From assembly GCA_017630985.1 (NCBI GenBank), contig JAGBUC010000033.1, forward strand, positions 3,505-67,504: a stretch of DNA of 64,000 bases, written 5' to 3'. How positions within the stretch are numbered: the first letter of the stretch is position 1; the number at the start of each line of letters is the position of its first letter. A model generated the notes under the pieces. That model had not been told where the DNA came from, made no database searches, and worked only from the letters and a program-made list of their open reading frames with translations. Position numbers and translations under genes: made by a program. This document shows positions 38,508 to 45,956 of the stretch, piece after piece. Source of the stretch: Clostridia bacterium. Lineage in GTDB: Bacteria; Bacillota; Clostridia; Oscillospirales; Acutalibacteraceae.

Positions 38508-39773
38508 ATGAGCAAGCCCCTTGCCGACCGCGTTCGGCCACAAAGTCTTCACGAGGTTGCAGGACAAAAGCATCTTTTGGCCGAAGGGAAGGTTTTGCGC
38601 CGAATAATTGAGTCGGGTGAAATTCCAAACCTTATTTTCTACGGTCCTTCGGGCGTGGGAAAAACCACCGTTGCAAGAATTATTGCAAACAGGTGCGGAA
38701 AGAAGCTGTATTGTCTTAACGCTACCACTGCATCGACCTCTGACATAAAGTCGATTATAGGCGATTTGGGCGGAATTGATACGGCGGGCGGAGTTCTGCT
38801 TTACCTTGACGAGATACAGTCATTTAACAAGAAGCAACAGCAGATTTTGCTTGAGTATATTGAGACAGGGGATATAACCCTTATTGCATCAACCACCGAA
38901 AACCCGTTTTTCTATGTTTATAATGCAATTTTAAGCCGAAGCACCGTTTTCGAATTTAAAGAGCTTTCCCCTGACGATATTGTCGTACCCGTAAAACGCG
39001 CGGCAGAGTTTCTGGCAGAAGAAAAGAATATTTGTGTGGAGCTGGGTGACGAGGTTGCAAGGAAAATTGCCCGTTCGGCTTCGGGGGATGTTAGAAGAGC
39101 TCTTAACACCTTAGAGCTTTGCGTGCTTACAAGTCTTAAAGACGGAAAAGCGGTTGTGGACGACGATATTTGTGAACAACTGCTCACACACTCTGCCGTT
39201 CGGTACGACCGTGAAGGAGACGAGCATTACGACATTCTTTCGGCATATCAAAAGTCGATGAGGGGAAGCGACCCTGATGCCGCAGTTTATTATCTTGCGC
39301 GGCTTCTTGCTGCGGGGGATTTACCCTCTGCTTGCAGACGGCTTATGGTTTGCGCATGTGAGGATGTGGGACTTGCTTATCCTCAGATAATCCCTATTGT
39401 TAAAGCGGCGGTCGATATCGCAAATGCGGTAGGTCTTCCCGAAGCGGCAATACCTCTTGCCGATGCGGTAGTGCTTGTGGCGCTTTCGCCAAAAAGCAAC
39501 ACGGCGCACGACGCGGTGTTTGCGGCGATGGACCTTATTAATAAAGGAAAGGGCGGTGCAGTTCCCCGCCAGCTTCAAAATAAGCATTTTGACGGGGTTG
39601 ACAACGATAACCCCGGACAGTTTTATAAATATCCGCACAATTACCCGAACAGGTGGGTTAAACAGCAGTATTTGCCTGACGACATAAAAAATGTTAGGTT
39701 TTATGAGTTTGGAGATAATAAAACCGAGCAGAAGTTTAAGGAATATTGGGATATAATAAAAAACCGCAAGTGA
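38508..39773 (+). CDS. rarA: replication-associated recombination protein A (AAA+ ATPase)
   Basis: GPSGVGKTT Walker A, LYLDEIQSFNK, and the C-terminal MgsA domain (YDILSAYQKSMRGSDPDAA). Confidence 0.9.
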   Translation: MSKPLADRVRPQSLHEVAGQKHLLAEGKVLRRIIESGEIPNLIFYGPSGVGKTTVARIIANRCGKKLYCLNATTASTSDIKSIIGDLGGIDTAGGVLLYLDEIQSFNKKQQQILLEYIETGDITLIASTTENPFFYVYNAILSRSTVFEFKELSPDDIVVPVKRAAEFLAEEKNICVELGDEVARKIARSASGDVRRALNTLELCVLTSLKDGKAVVDDDICEQLLTHSAVRYDREGDEHYDILSAYQKSMRGSDPDAAVYYLARLLAAGDLPSACRRLMVCACEDVGLAYPQIIPIVKAAVDIANAVGLPEAAIPLADAVVLVALSPKSNTAHDAVFAAMDLINKGKGGAVPRQLQNKHFDGVDNDNPGQFYKYPHNYPNRWVKQQYLPDDIKNVRFYEFGDNKTEQKFKEYWDIIKNRK

Positions 39774-39786
39774 TAACTTGCGGTTT
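39761..39786. terminator. bidirectional hairpin between rarA and the pspC-domain gene
   Basis: AAACCGCAAGT-GATA-ACTTGCGGTTT. The rarA stop codon lies at the stem/loop junction. Confidence 0.7.
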
Positions 39787-39802
39787 ATGTTTTAATAATT
39801 AT

Positions 39803-40003
39803 TTACTGATTATCAATACTGCTTTTTGTGGGGACGATAAATGCAGCTGCGATATAGGCAACCACACCAACAAAAGCGCAAAGGCCGACTACAACGGTGG
39901 CAAGGCGAACAATGCTGACATCAATATTAAAATATTCTGCGATGCCTCCGCAAACGCCTGCAATAACTTTATTTTCTTCGACTCTGTAAAGCTTTTTATT
40001 CAT
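39803..40003 (-). CDS. PspC domain-containing small membrane protein
   Basis: KLYRVEENKVIAGVCGGIAEYF is the PspC domain signature, followed by one TM helix. Confidence 0.75.
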   Translation of the reverse strand: MNKKLYRVEENKVIAGVCGGIAEYFNIDVSIVRLATVVVGLCAFVGVVAYIAAAFIVPTKSSIDNQ

Positions 40004-40035
40004 AACGGTTCCTCCTTAGAAATCTTCTAAAAATA

Positions 40036-40055
40036 TTTTACATTATAATGTAAAA
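40036..40055. promoter_or_regulatory. perfect 20-nt palindrome overlapping a TATAAT upstream of the pspC-domain gene
   Basis: TTTTACATTA|TAATGTAAAA read directly. A TATAAT is present on both strands inside it. Confidence 0.4.
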
Positions 40056-40134
40056 AAAGTCAAATTTTTTAGCAAATACTTTTAAATTACCAAGAGAATG
40101 TGTACACATTATTTGTAGGGGTGTGCGGTCGGTA

Positions 40135-40163
40135 TTGAAATATTTTAAAAAGTGGTGTATAAT
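40135..40163 (+). promoter_or_regulatory. candidate sigma-A promoter for trkAH
   Basis: TTGAAA (40135-40140), 17-nt spacer, TATAAT (40158-40163). Confidence 0.5.
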
Positions 40164-40196
40164 GTACGCAAGCAACACTAATTATGAGGTGTAAAA

Positions 40197-41555
40197 ATGA
40201 AGATAATTATTGTCGGAGCCGGAAAGGTTGGTTCAAACCTTATAAAACTGCTTTCTGATGAAAATCACGATGTAACCGTTATCGATATAGACAGAAAACT
40301 TGTTGAAACGGTTGTAAATGATTATGATGTGATAGGCTATCACGGTAATGGCGCATCTTTCCCTGTGCAAGAGGATGCCGGGGTTGAAAGTTGCGATGTG
40401 TTTATTGCGGTTACGGGCAGTGATGAGCTTAACATTATGAGTTGCCTTGTCGCAAGCAAAATCGGCGCCGAGAAAACGGTTGCAAGGGTTAGAAATACCG
40501 ATTATTCCGAGCAGCTTTTATTTATGCAGAACAAGCTGGGTATAGACTTGCTTATCAATTCGGAATTTGAGACGGCGGCAGAAATTTCAAGGATTATTGA
40601 ATTCCCTGCGGCAACCGCTATAGAAACTTTTGCAAAGGGAAGAATTGACCTTGCGGAAATTGTTGTTTCAATCGGCAGCGTTCTTGACGGTATAATGCTT
40701 CGCGATATCCGAAAAGCTTTAGATGTTGCGCTTCTTATTTGCGCGGTGCAAAGAGGAGACGAGGTTATTATCCCGTCAGGTAATTTTGTGTTGCAATCTG
40801 GTGACAGGGTGCATTTTACTGCGGCGAAAAGAGAACTTCAAAAGATTTTTAAAGCAATTGGGATGCAAAAAAAGAAGATAAAATCGACAATTATTGTGGG
40901 TGGAAGCCGAACTTCTTATTATCTTTCGAGGTTGCTTAAAAAATCGGGAATAGATGTGAAACTTATTGAAAGCGACCATTCAAGAGCTGTCGAGCTTGAG
41001 GGGTTGCTTGAAGGGGTTAACGTTATTTGTGCTGACGGAACCGATACCGATGTGTTAAAGGAAGAGGGCCTTGAGAATTTTGACTCGACGGTGGCTCTTA
41101 CCGATATTGATGAGGAAAATATAATCTTTTCAATGTATGCCCGTTCACAAGGGGTTAAGAAAACGGTTTGCAAGGTAAACCGCGGTCAGCTTTCCGAAAT
41201 GGTATCAACCATGATGGATGACTGCAGTTTTATAAGTCCAAAGGCTAATACGGCGGCTATAATTCTCAGATATATAAGAGCGGTTGAAAACGCCGGCGGA
41301 AGCGAAATAGAGACTCTTTATAAAATTCTTGACGGTCGAGCTGAGGCGATTGAATTTATTTCGGCGGAAAACTGTCCGCTTAATGATATTCCTATTAAGG
41401 AACTATCTTTGAAACCCAACATAATTATTGCCTGTGTAAGCCACGCCAAAGAGATTATAATTCCGGATGGTAATACGGTTATAAGGGCGGGGGACAGCGT
41501 AATTGTTATTACTGCGGGACGCACGGTGTATGACCTTTCGGAAATTTTAAAGTAG
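40197..41555 (+). CDS. trkA: Trk potassium uptake system NAD-binding protein
   Basis: Two RCK_N/RCK_C repeats. GAGKVG Rossmann motif at the N-terminus. 452 aa. Confidence 0.9.
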   Translation: MKIIIVGAGKVGSNLIKLLSDENHDVTVIDIDRKLVETVVNDYDVIGYHGNGASFPVQEDAGVESCDVFIAVTGSDELNIMSCLVASKIGAEKTVARVRNTDYSEQLLFMQNKLGIDLLINSEFETAAEISRIIEFPAATAIETFAKGRIDLAEIVVSIGSVLDGIMLRDIRKALDVALLICAVQRGDEVIIPSGNFVLQSGDRVHFTAAKRELQKIFKAIGMQKKKIKSTIIVGGSRTSYYLSRLLKKSGIDVKLIESDHSRAVELEGLLEGVNVICADGTDTDVLKEEGLENFDSTVALTDIDEENIIFSMYARSQGVKKTVCKVNRGQLSEMVSTMMDDCSFISPKANTAAIILRYIRAVENAGGSEIETLYKILDGRAEAIEFISAENCPLNDIPIKELSLKPNIIIACVSHAKEIIIPDGNTVIRAGDSVIVITAGRTVYDLSEILK

Positions 41556-41565
41556 GAAAACAAGT

Positions 41566-43017
41566 ATGAATTATAAAATGGTATTTTATATTTTAGGCAG
41601 AGTTTTCGGTGCTACGGGCGCCCTTATGGCGATACCCTTGGTTTGTGCAATTATATATAGGGAGTCGGTAGTACCCTTTATAATTCCAATGGCAATTTGT
41701 TTGCTTTTTGGAATTTTGCTAACCCACCGAATGCCTAAAAAAAGGGATTTACTTGCAAGAGAAAGCTTCGTATGTGTTGGACTTTCGTGGATACTTATAT
41801 CACTTGTCGGATGTCTTCCTTTTATATTAAGCGGTGCAATACCCTCGTTTATCGACGCTTTTTTTGAAACGGTTTCGGGTTTTTCGACCACCGGAGCCTC
41901 GGTTGTTTCTGATGTCGAAGCTCTTGGTAAAGGAATTCTTCTTTGGAGGGCCCTTACGCATTGGATAGGCGGAATGGGAGTTATAGTTTTCCTTTTGGCG
42001 ATACTTCCCCTTTCCGACCTTAAAAACATAAGATTTATGCAAGTAATGAAGGCGGAGGTACCTGGCCCTACGGTTGACAAGGTAGTACCAAAGATTGCCG
42101 ATACCGCGCGTGTTTTATATGGAATATATATATTACTTACGTTTCTTGAGTTCGTTTTTCTCGTTTTTGGAGATATGAATGTATATGAGGCGTTAAATCA
42201 TTCCTTGGCAACGGCGGGCACCGGCGGATTTGGTATAAAGAACGATTCGTTAGCGGGATATTCTGCATACAGCCAATATGTTGTTGCGGTGTTTATGCTT
42301 ATTTTCGGAACGAATTTTAACGTTTTCTTCCTTATTTTAACCGGGCATTTCTTCAGAGCAATTAAAAGCGAAGAACTTTGGTGGTATTTTGGAATAGTTG
42401 CATCAAGTGTTATGGTAATAGCTTTATCAGTTTCTTCCATTTCGTCATCTTCTGAGGAAAGCTTCCGTTTGGCGCTGTTCCAGGTTGCGTCTATAATTTC
42501 CACAACGGGTTTTGCTACAGCGGACTTTGCAGTCTGGCCGGTGTTGTCACAAGCAATAATTGTGCTATTAATGTTCAGCGGAGCCTGTGCGGGCTGTACG
42601 TGCGGAGGAATTAAAATTTCCAGAATTTTGCTTCTCGCGAAAAATGCAAAAAGGGAAATAAAATATATTCTTCATCCGAGAATGGTTAAATCTGTGAAGC
42701 TTGAGGGCAGAACGGTTGACCATGAAACTATAAGGGGAACAACCTCGTTTATAATAATTTATGCCGGGCTATTAATAATGTCGGCACTGGCAGTTATTGC
42801 GATTGAGGGCTGTGACCTTGTTACAGGATTCACCTCGGTCGTTTCGGCTATCAACAACATCGGACCTGGACTATCTGAGATAGGACCAACCGCAAATTTT
42901 GGCGGATTTAGTGTTATCAGCAAGTTAATTTTGTGCTTTGATATGTTGGCGGGAAGACTAGAACTTTTCTCGATTTTAATATTGTTTTCACCGTCGACCT
43001 GGAAAAAGAGTTTTTAA
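41566..43017 (+). CDS. trkH: Trk/Ktr family potassium transporter membrane subunit
   Basis: 483-aa polytopic protein with repeated selectivity-filter-like segments (FSTTGAS, TAGTGGFG, STTGFAT, NNIGPG). Confidence 0.9.
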   Translation: MNYKMVFYILGRVFGATGALMAIPLVCAIIYRESVVPFIIPMAICLLFGILLTHRMPKKRDLLARESFVCVGLSWILISLVGCLPFILSGAIPSFIDAFFETVSGFSTTGASVVSDVEALGKGILLWRALTHWIGGMGVIVFLLAILPLSDLKNIRFMQVMKAEVPGPTVDKVVPKIADTARVLYGIYILLTFLEFVFLVFGDMNVYEALNHSLATAGTGGFGIKNDSLAGYSAYSQYVVAVFMLIFGTNFNVFFLILTGHFFRAIKSEELWWYFGIVASSVMVIALSVSSISSSSEESFRLALFQVASIISTTGFATADFAVWPVLSQAIIVLLMFSGACAGCTCGGIKISRILLLAKNAKREIKYILHPRMVKSVKLEGRTVDHETIRGTTSFIIIYAGLLIMSALAVIAIEGCDLVTGFTSVVSAINNIGPGLSEIGPTANFGGFSVISKLILCFDMLAGRLELFSILILFSPSTWKKSF

Positions 43018-43021
43018 AAGA

Positions 43022-43052
43022 AAAAACAGCAAGTCAAAAGACTTGCTGTTTT
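43022..43052. terminator. bidirectional terminator after trkH
   Basis: CAGCAAGTC-AAAA-GACTTGCTG followed by TTTT, with an A-run upstream. Confidence 0.75.
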
Positions 43053-43338
43053 AGTTTTTTGCGGAGACACTTGGAAGATTTCCTAGGTTGTCGTTTTCTT
43101 CATCATTGGGAATAGCTTTTAAATATTCGGTGTCGCCACGGTGCGCGACGCCAACACCGGATATTTCTCCCTGCTTCGCCATATTTACCGCTTGCTGTTT
43201 TTCGACAGTTGTGTTATCAGAGAGCTGATACCCTGTAATTCGACCCCTTTCTTTAACAAGACCGATGATTCTTTTAGCATTGGGTTTTGTCTCGGGAATT
43301 TGGTCAAGCGTGTTTTTAACAAGTTCTGATGATTTCAT
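43051..43338 (-). CDS. small conserved protein, DUF3892-like
   Basis: 95 aa. The ITGYQL...GEISGVGVAHRGDTEYLKAIPNDEENDNLGNLP pattern resembles DUF3892 as I remember it; the family call is tentative. Confidence 0.55.
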   Translation of the reverse strand: MKSSELVKNTLDQIPETKPNAKRIIGLVKERGRITGYQLSDNTTVEKQQAVNMAKQGEISGVGVAHRGDTEYLKAIPNDEENDNLGNLPSVSAKN

Positions 43339-43417
43339 ATTCTCACCCCTTTTACTTTATTCTGTGTAAAAGGATTGAGAATATGTGTTTTAGTATAGTT
43401 GTTGGCTTTTTTAAAGA

Positions 43418-43951
43418 TTATTTTATTATTCCAAAGGTCAGGCTTTGGGGGTCTTGAAAGAGGGGTATGTGAGGCGGGCAAAAGGTGAGAATTATAAATG
43501 AAAGCCCAATTATGCAAAGAATTATAAAAGAGGCGGTTTCGGATATTATGCAGGGTTTTGTATGGTTCAATTTTTTTGCTTCGGTTATATAGGCTGCTGC
43601 AGATGCAATAAAGAAGATGGTTATATTAAACCAGTCGGCAGAGGTGCCGAGAATTCCTGTGTAGGTGTAGTAGAGCAGAGGAATAAGAGTAAAACCGACA
43701 AAGCTGCCCTTAAGCTTTACGCACCAGAAGTTTTTGGGTTTTTCTTTTGAAAAATTATTCTGTATAAATGAAAAAACAAACATTGGAAAGAAAAGCAGCT
43801 TCATATGCTCGAAAATAGATTCATTTACGGCGGAAAATGGCGCAAAAAACAGACTGCCGCCAGACCAATCGTATGCAAAATGAAGCAGCGTACCGAAAAC
43901 TGATGTGAAGATAAAGCCTGCAAGCTGCCACAGGCGTGAAGAGTTTCTCAT
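43418..43951 (-). CDS. integral membrane protein of unknown function
   Basis: Five or six predicted TM helices. ATG at 43951 follows GAGGGTGA; the track ORF starts 16 codons earlier. Confidence 0.6.
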   Translation of the reverse strand: MRNSSRLWQLAGFIFTSVFGTLLHFAYDWSGGSLFFAPFSAVNESIFEHMKLLFFPMFVFSFIQNNFSKEKPKNFWCVKLKGSFVGFTLIPLLYYTYTGILGTSADWFNITIFFIASAAAYITEAKKLNHTKPCIISETASFIILCIIGLSFIILTFCPPHIPLFQDPQSLTFGIIK

Positions 43952-44023
43952 AATCACCCTCGCTTTTTTGTGCTTAGAATAAGTATATTCAAAAAACAAA
44001 AGATTATGAGGAAGAATAGAGGT

Positions 44024-44052
44024 TGAGAAAACTTAAGGATTGCTGTATAATA
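44024..44052 (+). promoter_or_regulatory. candidate sigma-A promoter for the P-loop kinase gene
   Basis: TTGAGA (44024-44029), 17-nt spacer, TATAAT (44047-44052). Confidence 0.45.
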
Positions 44053-44083
44053 GTTTAAAACCATATTTTGCAAGGGTGAGAAA

Positions 44084-44596
44084 ATGATAATTTTAATTAC
44101 AGGTGCATCTCATACCGGAAAAACAGCATTGGCGCAAAACTTGCTAGAAAAATACGGATATCCGTATCTATCAATTGACCACCTAAAAATGGGGCTTATT
44201 CGCAGCGCAAACACCGATTTAACCCCTCTTTCAAGTGATGAGATGCTGACCGAATATCTTTGGCCTATTGTTCGAGAAATTATAAAAACGGCTATTGAAA
44301 ATGGTCAGAATTTGATTGTTGAGGGCGTATATGTCCCGCCAAATTGGCGCGAAGATTTTTTAACTGAGTATCTAGATAATATAAAGTTTTACTGTTTGGT
44401 TTTCAGTGAAAAATATATCAAAAATCATTTTAATGAAATAAAACAATTTGCCAATATTATTGAAAATCGCTGTTATGACGATATAAGTTTGGCATCAGTT
44501 TTAGGGGACAATACAAAATTTTTAGATGAATGTAAAAAACATGGCAACGAATATTTGCTTATTGATGACGAATATAAAATAAATATTGATTTATAA
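44084..44596 (+). CDS. P-loop NTPase/kinase-like protein
   Basis: ILITGASHTGKTALA Walker A, 170 aa; substrate unknown. Confidence 0.65.
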   Translation: MIILITGASHTGKTALAQNLLEKYGYPYLSIDHLKMGLIRSANTDLTPLSSDEMLTEYLWPIVREIIKTAIENGQNLIVEGVYVPPNWREDFLTEYLDNIKFYCLVFSEKYIKNHFNEIKQFANIIENRCYDDISLASVLGDNTKFLDECKKHGNEYLLIDDEYKINIDL

Positions 44597-44638
44597 ACAC
44601 AACCGCCAAAGCTGTCAGCTTTGGCGGTTGTGTTTATA
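44593..44638. terminator. 22-bp perfect inverted repeat, bidirectional terminator
   Basis: ATAAACACAACCGCCAAAGCTG-TC-CAGCTTTGGCGGTTGTGTTTAT. It begins inside the stop codon of the plus-strand gene and ends next to the stop of the cupin gene. Confidence 0.8.
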
Positions 44639-45070
44639 TCAATGATGCTCGGCGTCTGCCTTAATTCTGTGGACCGTTCCGTAAGGATGTTGAGGTGGAG
44701 CGTAGATAGAATATATTTTAAGAGGTATGTTACCTGTGTTGATAATATTATGCCAGGCACCTGCAGGCACAAATATTGCATAATTGTTGTCAACTTTTTT
44801 ATGATAGCAAAGTTCACTCTTGCTTTTACCCATCATTACAAGGGCACACCCGTCCTCAATTCGCAAAAACTGGTCAAGATTTGGGTGCATTTCTGCACCT
44901 ATATCAGTTCCCACCGGTATGCTCATAAGTGTAACCTGCAGATGCTCACCAGACCATAAGGCTGTCCTAAAATATTGATTTGTTTTTGCCATTTTGTCGA
45001 TATTTAATGCAATAGGCTTACCGCCATAGTCAATTATTCTTGAAGTTAGGTTGCATTCGTTTTTGTCCAT
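44639..45070 (-). CDS. cupin domain protein
   Basis: ~143 aa with the cupin motifs G...H....E...G and GAWHNI. ATG at 45070 follows GGAGG. Confidence 0.7.
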   Translation of the reverse strand: MDKNECNLTSRIIDYGGKPIALNIDKMAKTNQYFRTALWSGEHLQVTLMSIPVGTDIGAEMHPNLDQFLRIEDGCALVMMGKSKSELCYHKKVDNNYAIFVPAGAWHNIINTGNIPLKIYSIYAPPQHPYGTVHRIKADAEHH

Positions 45071-45144
45071 ATAGCGCCTCCATTCTATATACATTATATG
45101 AACTTACTATCCAAGATGTTATATATTATAGTCTATATAAAGAA

Positions 45145-45187
45145 ATAATCCGAACCCGCCGCCTATTAGACGGAGGTTCGGATTATT
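45145..45187 (-). terminator. terminator after tRNA-Pro
   Basis: AATAATCCGAACC pairs with GGTTCGGATTATT, then TTTCTTT on the minus strand. Confidence 0.65.
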
Positions 45188-45193
45188 CGTGTT

Positions 45194-45269
45194 TGGTCGA
45201 GGTGACAGGACTCGTACCTGCGGCATCTAGTTCCCAAAACTAGCGCCCTACCAACTGGGCGACACCTCG
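45194..45269 (-). tRNA. tRNA-Pro (anticodon UGG), CCA encoded, atypical T-loop
   Basis: Minus strand reads CGAGGTG-TC-GCCC-AGTTGGTA-GGGC-G-CTAGT-TTTGGGA-ACTAG-ATGCC-GCAGG-TACGAGT-CCTGT-CACCTCG-A-CCA. It folds as a full cloverleaf with a 7-bp acceptor stem and anticodon TGG. Confidence 0.85.
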
Positions 45270-45435
45270 ATAATCATATTAAGTTTTATATTAAGAACGG
45301 TTTAAACTAAAAGTTTTGGCAACCCTCTTGCGGTGCCCGACATTTTCTCGGGCGTCGGTACACGCCCTCGCCTCTGTCGACCGCGGCGCTTCGTTTTGCT
45401 CGCTTAATCGTCCGCTAGACGCGCTTGCAACCTCA

Positions 45436-45472
45436 CCCAAAACTAGCGCCCTACCAACTGGGCGACACCTCG
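45436..45472 (-). pseudogene. orphan 5' half of tRNA-Pro, a 37-nt exact copy of positions 1-37
   Basis: 45436-45472 is identical to 45233-45269 (CGAGGTGTCGCCCAGTTGGTAGGGCGCTAGTTTTGGG on the minus strand). No matching 3' half follows. Confidence 0.8.
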
Positions 45473-45550
45473 TAATACGAATGAGTTTGTTGGGGTTTAG
45501 GAAATCTATTTGACTAGCTGAAACACCAAACGCATTTTTCGTGCCTAGTA

Positions 45551-45579
45551 ATTATATGATAAAAAAGCGTTTTTGTCAA
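45551..45579 (-). promoter_or_regulatory. consensus sigma-A promoter directed toward the tRNA-Pro fragment and gene
   Basis: Minus strand: TTGACA (45579-45574), 17-nt spacer, TATAAT (45556-45551). Both hexamers are perfect. Confidence 0.65.
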
Positions 45580-45596
45580 ACATTATTAATAAAAAA

Positions 45597-45625
45597 TTGT
45601 AAATGTTTTATTTTAGGTATATAAT
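45597..45625 (+). promoter_or_regulatory. candidate sigma-A promoter for ogt
   Basis: TTGTAA (45597-45602), 17-nt spacer, TATAAT (45620-45625). Confidence 0.45.
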
Positions 45626-45647
45626 AAACACAAATCGGAGGGGAATT

Positions 45648-45956
45648 ATGAGTGTTTTTGATAAAATTTATAAGGTCGTGTGTTCTATTCCAAAAGGCAA
45701 GGTAGCAACCTACGGACAGGTTGCGATGCTTGCGGGGAATCCACGTTGGGCTAGGGTGGTAGGCTATGCTTTGCACAACAATCCTGCGCCCAAAATAATC
45801 CCATGCCACCGTGTAGTTAACCGAGAGGGAAGGGTTGCGACTGCCTTTGTTTTCGGCGGCGGAGAGGCGCAGCGCCAGATGCTTGAAAACGAGGGGATTG
45901 TGTTTGAGAGTGACGGGCATATAGATTTAAACAGATTTGGTTATATCCCGGGTTAA
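45648..45956 (+). CDS. ogt: methylated-DNA--protein-cysteine methyltransferase family protein (DNA-binding/active-site domain only)
   Basis: IPKGKVATYGQVA and PCHRVV active-site motifs. ATG at 45648 follows GGAGGGGA. Confidence 0.8.
   Translation: MSVFDKIYKVVCSIPKGKVATYGQVAMLAGNPRWARVVGYALHNNPAPKIIPCHRVVNREGRVATAFVFGGGEAQRQMLENEGIVFESDGHIDLNRFGYIPG

Noticed and set aside
40029-40059. A dif/XerCD recombination site at the 20-nt palindrome.
   Set aside because: Only the right arm partly resembles TTATGTAAACT (8 of 11). The left arm does not resemble a XerC arm. A perfect palindrome without a 6-bp asymmetric spacer does not fit dif.
45270-45472. A group I intron interrupting a tRNA-Pro gene in the anticodon loop.
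   Set aside because: No 3' exon follows the insert. The insert is shorter than known self-splicing group I introns. The last shared nucleotide is G37 rather than a U suited to a P1 U-G pair. The downstream tRNA is complete on its own.
45316-45513. The 65-aa plus-strand ORF across the tRNA-fragment spacer.
   Set aside because: It has a non-ATG start and no SD, it runs through tRNA-derived sequence, and its Ala/Ser/Arg-rich composition is what a GC-rich non-coding segment produces.
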